From Maricaulis sp. (GTDB taxonomy: Bacteria; Pseudomonadota; Alphaproteobacteria; Caulobacterales; Maricaulaceae): a stretch of 64,000 nucleotides of DNA. Under the pieces are notes generated by a model, which was not told the DNA's origin, ran no database searches, and worked only from the letters and a program-made list of their open reading frames with translations. The translations under genes were made by a program, and so were the position numbers. The stretch spans positions 138,457 through 202,456 of the forward strand of contig NZ_JAEPOL010000002.1 of NCBI RefSeq assembly GCF_017642925.1, given 5' to 3'. Shown here in pieces: positions 1-8,434 of this stretch (position 1 is the stretch's first letter; the number at the start of each line of letters is the position of its first letter).

Positions 1-286
1 AGCAGGCGGTCGCATACTGGAAGCCCCAGAGGCCCGACAGGCCGAACGCGGCCGCGCAGCGTTTTACGAACTGGATCACATGCTCGGGATCGCCGGTCTC
101 ATCGTCGCGCATCCAGAGCTGGGTGCCGCCATGCTCAGGCTGGATCGACAGAATGAATCCTTCCGAGGGAGGGTCTTCGGCAGCGTTTTCCTCTGAAAGT
201 GCGTTGTAGAGGTCGAGCGCGCGGGCGGCGTTTTCCGGGGTGCCTACGTCGAGCAGGCAGGAGAAATGGGTGAAATAGTTAGCCAT
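1..286 (-). CDS. Hypothetical protein, partial (runs off the left edge)
   Basis: Hand translation from ATG at 286 gives MANYFTHFSCLLDVGTPENAARALDLY...; GGAG Shine-Dalgarno upstream; frame open to base 1. Confidence 0.7.
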   Translation of the reverse strand, partial: MANYFTHFSCLLDVGTPENAARALDLYNALSEENAAEDPPSEGFILSIQPEHGGTQLWMRDDETGDPEHVIQFVKRCAAAFGLSGLWGFQYATAC

Positions 287-298
287 GTCGGACTCCTG

Positions 299-327
299 AA
301 ACGAGAAAGCCCGGCGCGCGGCCGGGC
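299..327 (-). terminator. Intrinsic-terminator-like hairpin
   Basis: GCCCGGC-gcgcg-GCCGGGC stem followed on the minus strand by TTTCTCGTTT, downstream of the 347-904 gene. Confidence 0.5.
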
Positions 328-346
328 GAAGATGTGGAAGAAGGTG

Positions 347-904
347 TCAGGCGGCCTGGGGCAGATGGAGAAGCTCCGCCGCGGTCTCGCGCCAGTAGGG
401 ATCGACCAGTCGGGCCTCGAGCAGGCTGGCGCGATAACGATGATCGCGGGCTGCGCTGTGATCGACCCGACCGGAGGCGGCGAAGGCCAGCCCGCGCAAG
501 CGGCTGGCTTCGGTGATGATGCGGCGGGCCTCCACGTCGGAGACGACGGGCTGCTGCCAGAGGACGATTCCTGCCCGGATCTCGCCACCGAGAACCAGGC
601 CGAGATCGCCGTCCTGAATGACGACGATACGCGGGTGAAAGCGCAGCGTGTCGTCCGCGCTGACACGAATGTCGCCGCGCGCGACGCGCTGGCTGGCAAG
701 GATCATGGCTTCTTCGGCGGATGCGGATTGACCGATGACGACCGTGCGGTCGAATTCATCGGCCTCGTCGAGGCCCTCGTAACCGGCCGTGCCCATGCAG
801 GAGAGGCGCAACGGCAGCTTTTGGGCGTAGCGCAGCCGGGGCAACACCTCGCGCGTGATGACGTCGCCGACCAGGGTAAAACCGGGGTGGTGGGAAAGGG
901 TCAT
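347..904 (-). CDS. Hypothetical protein (185 aa)
   Basis: Protein-like ORF, same orientation as neighbours, GGAG SD and leader repeat A upstream. Confidence 0.7.
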   Translation of the reverse strand: MTLSHHPGFTLVGDVITREVLPRLRYAQKLPLRLSCMGTAGYEGLDEADEFDRTVVIGQSASAEEAMILASQRVARGDIRVSADDTLRFHPRIVVIQDGDLGLVLGGEIRAGIVLWQQPVVSDVEARRIITEASRLRGLAFAASGRVDHSAARDHRYRASLLEARLVDPYWRETAAELLHLPQAA

Positions 905-912
905 GGGGTTTG

Positions 913-1001
913 CTCCACGACGGGCGGCGGAAGCCTCTCTTCCACCTGCAACCCGTCACGGCCAACCGACCCACCCTCTCACTCTCCTGTTGTCGGGGTG
1001 G
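913..1001 (-). repeat. Conserved structured leader repeat, copy A
   Basis: Plus-strand blocks CTCC-ACGACGGG ... AGCCTCTCT ... CAACCCGTCACG (949-960) ... CCCTCTCACTCT, shared with copies B-D. Confidence 0.85.
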
Positions 1002-1002
1002 A

Positions 1003-1371
1003 TCAGCACCACGGTTCGCGGCGTCCCGCCCAGGTTCGGGCCAGTCCCTCGCTGACGAGAATGTCTCCGACGTCTCGTCCCTCGACGCGGATCGCCGCCA
1101 GGGTCCGGCCATAGCGGTCGGTTCCCTGGTGCAGGATTTCGATCCGCTGGCCTTTCAGAAGCTCGGCCAGCCTGATCTTCGATTGCAGCGCGAGGTCGGT
1201 TTCATACGCGCATTGCCCCTCGATCTCGGGGGCGTCGATGTTGAAGATCCGGACGGCCTCAGATTGCCGCGTCGTGCCCAAGCGAATGGAATCGCCGTCC
1301 CAGACGCGGATTTCGGCCGGTTCGCATGACGCCGTGCAGAGCAGAATGGAAACGACAATATGGCTGAGCAT
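1003..1371 (-). CDS. Thermonuclease (SNase-like) family protein
   Basis: Motifs VWDGDSI, VRIFNIDAPE, DRYGRTLA, LVSEGLAR; hydrophobic N-terminus. Confidence 0.9.
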   Translation of the reverse strand: MLSHIVVSILLCTASCEPAEIRVWDGDSIRLGTTRQSEAVRIFNIDAPEIEGQCAYETDLALQSKIRLAELLKGQRIEILHQGTDRYGRTLAAIRVEGRDVGDILVSEGLARTWAGRREPWC

Positions 1372-1546
1372 GGCGAATGGCTTTCATCTTGATGGAGCGA
1401 AATCGGCGTGATCGCCGACGGTTCTTTCCGATGCGGGTCGAGATCGCAATGCCGTCCGGCACGCAAGCGGCAATCGGCGGCGATTGTCGGGAGAAGGCCC
1501 GACTGCGCTTGGGCACCGGGCCTTGGGAGTGAGGCGCTTTCGCGCC

Positions 1547-1711
1547 TCAGCTCCACGGATCGAGTTCCAGCTTCACCATCTCCTCGTCGCCGTCGAACTC
1601 GTCGGCCGGCATGGCGGAGTGGGTTCCATCTCCGGCCTGAAACACGACGATGGAAACCATCAGCGTGGTGGCGAGGCTGGCGGCGAAGGCGGTGGCATCT
1701 GCATAGGACAT
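1547..1711 (-). CDS. Small hypothetical protein (54 aa)
   Basis: MSYADATAFAASLATTLMVSIVVFQAGDG...; the protein-like 3' part of ORF 1547-2155, start reassigned to ATG 1711. Confidence 0.55.
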   Translation of the reverse strand: MSYADATAFAASLATTLMVSIVVFQAGDGTHSAMPADEFDGDEEMVKLELDPWS

Positions 1712-2138
1712 GGGTTCCGGCTCCTGTCTTGGGAGGCGGGGGACCATCCCCCGCGCGACAGGCGCCCGAAGTGTCCGACCGGATCTGCAATCACCCTCGC
1801 GCGTTCGGCTCGTCCGAATCCGCGAGGGCGGCACGCTCGCGTAAGCCGACCCCTCGTGGGTTGATTGACAAAGAGACGGTCGGACCAAGGTTCGCGAATG
1901 GAAGCGGGGGTGGTGCTTCGCCTCTGACAGGATGCCGGGAATCCCGTCATAGATGCCCCGCCGCGCCAGCCTCGTTGCCGGGCTGATCTTCAGGATGTGT
2001 TTCAGGCTGGAGATGGAATCCGCTGTCCCGCTGCGAGAAGCTGACGGCGCAATGGTGACGCTGGACCTCGATCCGTCGCTGGCTGCGCGGCGATACCCCG
2101 ATGGCCCGGTCTGCGCCAGGCACAGGCGTAAGGGCTGC

Positions 2139-2438
2139 TCAGTCCCATAGCCCATCGGCGATCTCGCGGGCGATAATTGCCCGAGCCTCCATCATCACGT
2201 CGTCGCCGGACGTGTCGATATGACCGTAGAACCGTGTCCGGGCGCCGTGCGCGCTCCAGTCCGCATAGCGGCAATATTCGCACCTATCGAGCCGGAAGGC
2301 GCGCATGTCCTCGGCCCAATGAGGCTTCGGCTCCACGAAGACGGTGACGCCGCCGCGCGTTTCCTCCCACGGAAGCGATCGCTCCATGGGAGGGTTGCGG
2401 CGGTCGTCAGCGAAGATTTCATCAACCGTCATGATCAT
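2139..2438 (-). CDS. Hypothetical protein (99 aa)
   Basis: Start overlaps the upstream gene's stop (ATGA coupling at 2435-2438); protein-like composition. Confidence 0.65.
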   Translation of the reverse strand: MIMTVDEIFADDRRNPPMERSLPWEETRGGVTVFVEPKPHWAEDMRAFRLDRCEYCRYADWSAHGARTRFYGHIDTSGDDVMMEARAIIAREIADGLWD

Positions 2439-2764
2439 GCGCCACCACCATCGGCGCTTGGAACGGGGCTGTCCGGATCGGTGGAATCAGGAGGATCGCG
2501 TTTGATTTCACACGCCTTCGTCCAAAAGAACTCGTCGCGCTCCAACATGCGCTCGAAATACACGTCGCCGATCTGGTCGTCGGGCGGCAGATCGTCATCG
2601 AAGGCGTCAGTCCACCATTCTTTGGCGATCTCTGTGCGCCAGTGCATCGCCTCTTCGCTGTCGAGAAAAGCGCGCACATCGGTTCCATAGCGATGTTCAT
2701 AAAGGGCGACATGAACAGTCTGAGGAATGGGCTGGCCGGGGTTGGGATGGTTGTCGGATGGCAT
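2435..2764 (-). CDS. Hypothetical protein (109 aa)
   Basis: Start reassigned to ATG 2764 (MPSDNHP...) behind a CAGGAG SD; acidic, aromatic-rich globular sequence. Confidence 0.65.
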   Translation of the reverse strand: MPSDNHPNPGQPIPQTVHVALYEHRYGTDVRAFLDSEEAMHWRTEIAKEWWTDAFDDDLPPDDQIGDVYFERMLERDEFFWTKACEIKRDPPDSTDPDSPVPSADGGGA

Positions 2765-2778
2765 GATCCTGTCTCCTG

Positions 2779-2807
2779 AAAAAAAAGGCCCGGCCGGGGC
2801 CGAGCCT
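2779..2807 (-). terminator. Intrinsic terminator downstream of the parB-like gene
   Basis: GC hairpin AGGCTCGGCC-CC-GGCCGGGCCT followed by a T run on the minus strand. Confidence 0.65.
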
Positions 2808-2858
2808 ATATGGGGTGGGGAGTAAGCGGGGCGACCGAGACCGCCCCGCTGGTGCGCG

Positions 2859-5021
2859 TCACTCGGCGGCGACCAAGGCCACCGGATCGTCGGCGGCATC
2901 GGCCGCGTTCTCATCGTCACCGGCGAGGAAATCGGGCAACGCCATGCCATTCTCGTCCTGATCGGCTGAGCCATCCACGGCCTGCGCGTCCACGGTGGGG
3001 CGCAGCGGCTCCGGCAGCCAGCCGGTATCGGCCAGAAGCCGCTCGGCCTCCTTCGCCATGTCGCCCTTCTTGAGATGCGCGATGAGATCGGCCGCGCGAT
3101 CGCCGGCGCCTTCACGCACCGCTTCGAGGATGCGAGTCTTGGTCACGCGGCCGAGGTAGTTCTCGACCGTGGGTTTCCAGCCGGCTTCGACAAGATCGAG
3201 GCCGGTGGCCTGCGCCAGCCGTTCGGCCTCGGCCATGCGGCGGTCGAGACCGTGCTGCGAGATGCCATTCCCCGAATAGGGGTTCGGCCGCTCATAGAGC
3301 GCGTTGACGCCGAAGCTGACGCAATGGGCGAGCAGCGCCAGGCGGCTGGCATCGTCGAGGCCGTCGATCCAGCCCCAGAGCCTGTCGTCATCACCGGAGG
3401 GAATGTCGCCCCGCCAGGCGTCCGCGCGTTCGTCGATCATCTTCGCGGCGGCACTGTCCGCGAGCCCGGTCGCATCGGCCGGGAGATAGATGTGACGCAC
3501 GGCGGCATAAAGGCTCGTTCCCGAGGTGGACGTGCGCTCGAAGGTATCGAGAACCAGCTTGTGCAGCAGGGCCGTCATGGCGACGTGCGGATTCTCGGCG
3601 AGCGCATTGCGCAGCGCCAGCGTCCGCCATGCGGTCAGGTCCGTCACCAGCCGCTCGGGCAGCGGTTTGACAGCATCGTCCTCTTCCTCGTCGGCGTCCG
3701 GGACCGGCTCGCCGCCGACAGTGATGACGGCGCGCTGCACGGCATCAGGGTCGGACGGGTCCGCGCCCTCTCCGGCATCCTCGCCATCGACCGTCTCGGG
3801 TTGCTCATCCTCGCGGCGGACGTAGCCGCTGCTGACGATCAACTCGCCCTCGCGGCCGATACTGACGAAAACACCGGCACGGGCGATGTCTTCCGGCGCG
3901 AAGGTGACGGGCCGGTTCTCGAAGGCTTCCAGCTCGGCCTCGATCTCCCCGAGACGCTGATCGGCCTCATCGGGGAGGTCGTCGGCTTCGGCATACTTGG
4001 CTTCGAGTTCGTCATACTCGTCGCGCAGCGCCTCGCGCGTGGCGCGCTCCTCTTCGGTCAGTTCCTGGGTCACACCGGCCAGCTTGCGCAGGCCGTTGGT
4101 GTGGCCGTAGGGCAGCTCGACCGCCGCGTCGATCCACTTCCAGCCTTGACCGGCGATCTCGTCGGCAATGGCGCGCAGCTTCTCGTCGACCAGGCGGTCG
4201 AGGAGCGTGACGTCCTGCAACCAGCCGCCGTTTTCCTCGGAGAAGAGGTCGCGCAGCACCGGGCCGCCCGCTGTCTCATAGGCTTCGACGCCGATAAAGC
4301 GGGCGCGCTTATCGGCGGCCGGAACCGTGGTCTCGGTCAGCATATTGCGGATCTGCCAGGGCTCCTTCTGCCACGACGTGCTGATGCGCTCCCAGACCTG
4401 ATGCTGGCGCTCGTGGTCGGGGTTGACGGTGAAGGCTTCCAGCATCGCCAGCGTCATCTCGTTGCGCGCATAGGCATCGTGTAGTGTCGGCGCGACGGTG
4501 GCGAGGCGCAGACGCTGCATGATGTAGCGCGGCGTGGTCCGCCAGGCGTCGGCGATCTCCTCCTTCGACATGCCCATGTCGAACATCCGCTTGAACGCCT
4601 TGAACTGGTCGAGCGGATGCAGGGCGAGGCGCAGCAGGTTCTCGGCCAGCGAGTCGTCGACGGCCGAGGTCTTGGCGTCGGCCTTCTTGACGATGCAAGG
4701 CACAAGCCCTTCGGCCGGGAAGCGACCGGCTTCCACAAGGCGCGCGATGGACCTGTAGCGGCGGCCGCCTGCGGGTGTCTCGAAATCGCCGGTCTCATTG
4801 CCGTCCTCGTCGAATACGGCGCGGACATTGAGACCTTGCACGAGATCTTCCCGCCGGTCGATGTCATGGGTCAGGTCGTCCAGGCCGGCCTCCACGTCGA
4901 TCTCGCGGACGTTGCTATCCGACAGTCGGATGCGGTTGAACGGAATATCGCGCGCCCGCGAGAACTCGATCATCTGAAGGGCGGGCTTCTTTTTCTTGGC
5001 AGCTCGGGCCATGGTGGTCAT
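2859..5021 (-). CDS. ParB/RepB/Spo0J-family N-terminal domain protein (720 aa, ICE/plasmid leading-region type)
   Basis: GLNVR...AGGRRYRS...SLAENLLRLALHPLDQFKAF ParB/Srx fold motif, then HTH and a long acidic C-terminal region. Confidence 0.9.
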   Translation of the reverse strand: MTTMARAAKKKKPALQMIEFSRARDIPFNRIRLSDSNVREIDVEAGLDDLTHDIDRREDLVQGLNVRAVFDEDGNETGDFETPAGGRRYRSIARLVEAGRFPAEGLVPCIVKKADAKTSAVDDSLAENLLRLALHPLDQFKAFKRMFDMGMSKEEIADAWRTTPRYIMQRLRLATVAPTLHDAYARNEMTLAMLEAFTVNPDHERQHQVWERISTSWQKEPWQIRNMLTETTVPAADKRARFIGVEAYETAGGPVLRDLFSEENGGWLQDVTLLDRLVDEKLRAIADEIAGQGWKWIDAAVELPYGHTNGLRKLAGVTQELTEEERATREALRDEYDELEAKYAEADDLPDEADQRLGEIEAELEAFENRPVTFAPEDIARAGVFVSIGREGELIVSSGYVRREDEQPETVDGEDAGEGADPSDPDAVQRAVITVGGEPVPDADEEEDDAVKPLPERLVTDLTAWRTLALRNALAENPHVAMTALLHKLVLDTFERTSTSGTSLYAAVRHIYLPADATGLADSAAAKMIDERADAWRGDIPSGDDDRLWGWIDGLDDASRLALLAHCVSFGVNALYERPNPYSGNGISQHGLDRRMAEAERLAQATGLDLVEAGWKPTVENYLGRVTKTRILEAVREGAGDRAADLIAHLKKGDMAKEAERLLADTGWLPEPLRPTVDAQAVDGSADQDENGMALPDFLAGDDENAADAADDPVALVAAE

Positions 5022-5109
5022 CTCCGCGACGGGCGGTCGTGAGCCTCTCTCTCGACCTCCAACCCGTCACGAAGCGAAGCGCCGCCCTCTTACTCTAAGA
5101 GGGCAGCGC
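5022..5109 (-). repeat. Conserved structured leader repeat, copy B
   Basis: CTCC-GCGACGGG ... GAGCCTCTCT ... CAACCCGTCACG (5060-5071) ... GCGCCGCCCTCTT-ACTCT-AAGAGGGCAGCGC hairpin. Confidence 0.85.
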
Positions 5110-5149
5110 TGTCGCAAGGACACGGGCTATTCAGCTTTGGAACAGCTCG

Positions 5150-5536
5150 TCAGTCGGCCTCGGCAACATTCGCGTTCGGGTATTCCCGCCGGTCGAAGAC
5201 CGTGGCGGGGCCATGATCAGCGTGTTGAAGGGCGCCCTCTATGAAGAAGTGCTGCGGATCGAACCCTTGGTAGAAGGCATCGACCGCGGCATCCTCATCC
5301 TCTGCTTCGACCTCCTGGACGAAGCAGACCCACATCGCCCGCCGCTGGCGGACGAAGTAGCGGTTCATGGCGGGGACGCACTCGAATACCTCGTTGATGT
5401 CGCCGTCCGTCGCGGCGGCTTCAAACTGCTCGACGGCATGATTCCGGTCCGCGGCCTTGCACAGCCAGAACTCGTTCTCGGCGCCATGGCAGATGAGGAA
5501 GGTTTTCAGGGGCGTGGGTGACTGAATAGCAGGCAT
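5150..5536 (-). CDS. Hypothetical protein (128 aa)
   Basis: Start reassigned to ATG 5536 (MPAIQSPTPLKTFLICHG...) after GGAG SD and leader repeat C. Confidence 0.65.
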   Translation of the reverse strand: MPAIQSPTPLKTFLICHGAENEFWLCKAADRNHAVEQFEAAATDGDINEVFECVPAMNRYFVRQRRAMWVCFVQEVEAEDEDAAVDAFYQGFDPQHFFIEGALQHADHGPATVFDRREYPNANVAEAD

Positions 5537-5543
5537 CTGCGTT

Positions 5544-5631
5544 CTCCGTGGCGGGCCGCCGGGAGCCTCTCTCCCGGCACCCAACCCGCCACGACCCAAA
5601 GCGCCGCCCTCTGTCTCCAGAAGGGCGGCGC
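5544..5631 (-). repeat. Conserved structured leader repeat, copy C
   Basis: CTCC-GTGGCGGG ... GAGCCTCTCT ... CAACCCGCCACG (5582-5593); stem shows a compensatory change relative to the other copies. Confidence 0.85.
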
Positions 5632-5691
5632 TGCGAGCCGGAAAATCGCAAAGCCGGAAATCCGGCTATGTGCATCGGCGAGTTTCAGCAG

Positions 5692-6642
5692 TCACACCCC
5701 GCACATGCCCTCGCATTCGTTCGGCCAGAGGTCGAGCTGGCCATGATCGGCGGCTGTCGAAAGATCGGCCAGATCGAGCGGGACGGCGGAACGGTGAAGA
5801 TAGACCTCGCCGCGAATGCCCCGGAAGCCCGTGCGGATGGCGGCATCGACCGACACGGCATCGGTCCACCCTTCGGGATCGTGGTCACGCATATGCCGCC
5901 AATAGGCATTGGAATGGAACGGGCAGCCGATGCAGGCGCTCTTGGGCGGGAGAGGATAGCCATGCCGCTCCAGCCAGCGCAGGCAGTCCTGGCGGGTCAT
6001 GCCCCGTTCGATCAGGGGCCAGCGGTTGACCTGCCAGTCCTCAAACGAGGGCTTCATGCGCAACGCCTCGTCGAGAGAAATCCCGATCCATTGCTCGGCG
6101 ACTGGCGATCCGGGCGAGCGGCGCCCCGCAATGCCAAGGAGTTCGCGCACCTTCCGCCGGATTGGGGTGATCTTGTAGTCCTTGGTGCATTGGCGGCGGA
6201 TCATGCCAATGCTGATCCGCTCACCTGCCAGGACGCGGGAACCGACAATGACGGGTTCGCCGTTCTCGTCTTCATCATAGACGGGTAGTTCAGTCCCAGC
6301 GGGCGCGACCGTGCGTGTGAAGGCGGGGATCGAGGCCCACCGCTCGCCGCGTGCGCCGGTGAGCAGATCGGCGCGGATATCCCCGGCCGAGACGATATGG
6401 ATGGGGAATGGCAGGACATTCGGCGATCCCAGCCAGGCAAGATGCTCATAGACCGCGTTCGGCTCCCAGCCGGTGTCCGCGAAGATCGCGCAATCCGGCA
6501 TCGGGCCGATCTCGCCATGGGCAGCCATGAGGGCGAGCGTGGTCGACTGGACGCCGGCGCCGAGGCTGAGGACACGCAGGCGGATCTCGGCCGCCTGCGC
6601 AGGATCGGGGATCGAGCCGGGAAAGGCGAGCGCGTTCATCAT
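5692..6642 (-). CDS. PAPS-reductase-like / PP-loop (adenine nucleotide alpha-hydrolase) family protein
   Basis: LRVLSLGAGVQSTT PP-loop, FADTGWE, RQCTKDYKI, SACIGCPFH, C-terminal ECEGMCGV. Confidence 0.8.
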   Translation of the reverse strand: MMNALAFPGSIPDPAQAAEIRLRVLSLGAGVQSTTLALMAAHGEIGPMPDCAIFADTGWEPNAVYEHLAWLGSPNVLPFPIHIVSAGDIRADLLTGARGERWASIPAFTRTVAPAGTELPVYDEDENGEPVIVGSRVLAGERISIGMIRRQCTKDYKITPIRRKVRELLGIAGRRSPGSPVAEQWIGISLDEALRMKPSFEDWQVNRWPLIERGMTRQDCLRWLERHGYPLPPKSACIGCPFHSNAYWRHMRDHDPEGWTDAVSVDAAIRTGFRGIRGEVYLHRSAVPLDLADLSTAADHGQLDLWPNECEGMCGV

Positions 6643-7592
6643 GCTGCCTCCCGCTCATCGTCGGCCGCACCGAGCCCGTCCGCATCTGGCAGGAAGGACA
6701 AAATCCAGTCGGCCGCTTTGCTCGCCTGCGAGGCAGCGCGGACGACGGCCCGGTTGTCCTCGCGCAGCACTTCGAGCCAGGAGGCGATGTAATCCGCATG
6801 GCGGACGGTCGGCACAATGCCGAGGGAGGCACAGCAGAAGGCGGCCGAGATTTCCGCCACCAGCTCCTCGAAAGCGTATTTCCTGGTGCCGAAGGAACCG
6901 GAAAAATCGCGGTTCAGCCGGGACGCATGGCCTGTCGCATGACCCAGCTCATGCAGGGCCGTCCGGTGCCAGTTGATCGGCTCGAAATAGGCTTGCGGCG
7001 GCGGAACGACCACATGGTCGAGGGCCGGGACGTAGTAGGCGCGGTCGCCGCCGATGCGGAAGTCGATGCCGGTCGCCTTGATGAGCGCCTCGACCCTCGG
7101 CTCGACCAGTCCGGATGGCGGAGGCGGCATGGCCACGGCAATGTCCTCGGGCAGGCCCTCGCACTGCGCGGTGTTGAACACCGTGAACCGCTTCAGGAAC
7201 GGGATCTTCCCCGGTTCCTCGCCGGTCTCTCGCGCCCGCCGCTTCTCGTCCTCGGGCGTGAAGCGATCGGCATAGACGACGGTTGTGCCGCACTCGCCCT
7301 TGCGGACATTGCCGCCGAGCGAAAGCGCCTGGCGGAAGGTGAGCCAGCCCTGTCCGGGGAAGCCGTGCTGGACGACGGCGCCCCACAGGATGAGGATATT
7401 GATGCCGCTATAGGCGCGGCCGGTGCTGGCGTTCTGCGGCAGGCCGAGCGGGGCCTGGGCCGTGGCCTTGCCCCAGGGCTGGACCCAAGGAAAGCGCCCG
7501 GCCTCAAGCTCGGCGATGATCTTGTCGGTGATCTCGTCGTAAAGGTTCGCCCGATCCGCGCCGGAACGGGGGGTATGGTCGTATCTGGACAT
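6639..7592 (-). CDS. ardC: ArdC-family anti-restriction ssDNA-binding protein (DUF1738 + zincin-like)
   Basis: YDEITDKIIAELEAGRFPWVQPW, NASTGRAYSGIN, WLTFRQA, ALHELGHATGH, YAFEELVAE. Confidence 0.93.
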   Translation of the reverse strand: MSRYDHTPRSGADRANLYDEITDKIIAELEAGRFPWVQPWGKATAQAPLGLPQNASTGRAYSGINILILWGAVVQHGFPGQGWLTFRQALSLGGNVRKGECGTTVVYADRFTPEDEKRRARETGEEPGKIPFLKRFTVFNTAQCEGLPEDIAVAMPPPPSGLVEPRVEALIKATGIDFRIGGDRAYYVPALDHVVVPPPQAYFEPINWHRTALHELGHATGHASRLNRDFSGSFGTRKYAFEELVAEISAAFCCASLGIVPTVRHADYIASWLEVLREDNRAVVRAASQASKAADWILSFLPDADGLGAADDEREAA

Positions 7593-7599
7593 CGCGGTT

Positions 7600-7674
7600 C
7601 TCCGCGACGGGCGCCGGAGACCTCTTCTCCAGCCCTCAACCCGTCACGGCAAACCCCGTCTGCACTCTCACTCT
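7600..7674 (-). repeat. Conserved structured leader repeat, copy D
   Basis: CTCC-GCGACGGG ... GAGACCTCTTCT ... CAACCCGTCACG (7637-7648) ... CTCTCACTCT directly upstream of ardC. Confidence 0.85.
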
Positions 7675-7693
7675 AAAGCGGCGCTGCCGCCGA

Positions 7694-8161
7694 TCACGGC
7701 GGCGCGGTGCCGTGCCCAACCGCAAGTTCGTCCGTGGTCGGCGGTTCGAACATCTTCGACCAAGCGAGAAGATCGTTCGGATCGACAGCCGCATCGGCAG
7801 GCGCATCGCGGTTGCGGGCGATGATCCGACGCTGCAACTCCTCGACGGGGACGTCGAGATAGTGAAGCCGGGTCTCGCAGCCGAGCGACTGCGCAACCGC
7901 CCGGTAGGAATCGCGCTCCTCTCTTGACCAGAAGCCGTTCTCCAGAATGACGTCGTTTCCGGCGGCCAGAAGGCGTTGGGCCAGACGCCATTGCAACTGC
8001 TCGACACGCGCGCGGCCGCCCTCGTCGTAGAGCTGGAATCCGAGCGTGGACATCCATTCATCGGGAGAGAGGCGAAGCCCCTTTCCCTGATTCTCAAGCT
8101 GCCGTGCCAATGTGGTCTTGCCCGAGCCGGGAAGCCCACAGATGAGATGAAGTATAGGCAT
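7694..8161 (-). CDS. AAA_33-like P-loop ATPase/kinase
   Basis: ILHLICGLPGSGKTTLARQL Walker A, LSPDEW, VILENGFWSREER; start reassigned to ATG 8161. Confidence 0.85.
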   Translation of the reverse strand: MPILHLICGLPGSGKTTLARQLENQGKGLRLSPDEWMSTLGFQLYDEGGRARVEQLQWRLAQRLLAAGNDVILENGFWSREERDSYRAVAQSLGCETRLHYLDVPVEELQRRIIARNRDAPADAAVDPNDLLAWSKMFEPPTTDELAVGHGTAPP

Positions 8162-8411
8162 TGGGACAGTGTATCGCGAGGCGAGCGCGTCCACCACATC
8201 ACTGAGTCCGGCTGAGACCTACCCAGGGGGCGTTGCGGGGTCTCCCCGCAGAAGGGGGTGTGCCGGCAACGCAGTGCCGGCCAGGGGGAAGGCTTTCCCC
8301 CGCAAGAACCGACAACCGCAAAAGCGTAGAAGTGCAAGTAAGCAATACCTGACTTCACCTGCCGCTATAGCCAAACGAGCAACCTGCTTTCGACGTTCGA
8401 CCATCTTGGCA

Positions 8412-8430
8412 TATCCCCTACAGGGGGATA
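8412..8430. promoter_or_regulatory. CsoR/RcnR-type operator
   Basis: Inverted repeat TATCCCC-tacag-GGGGATA immediately upstream of the repressor gene; G/C-tract palindromes are typical of this family. Confidence 0.65.
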
Positions 8431-8434
8431 GGAT

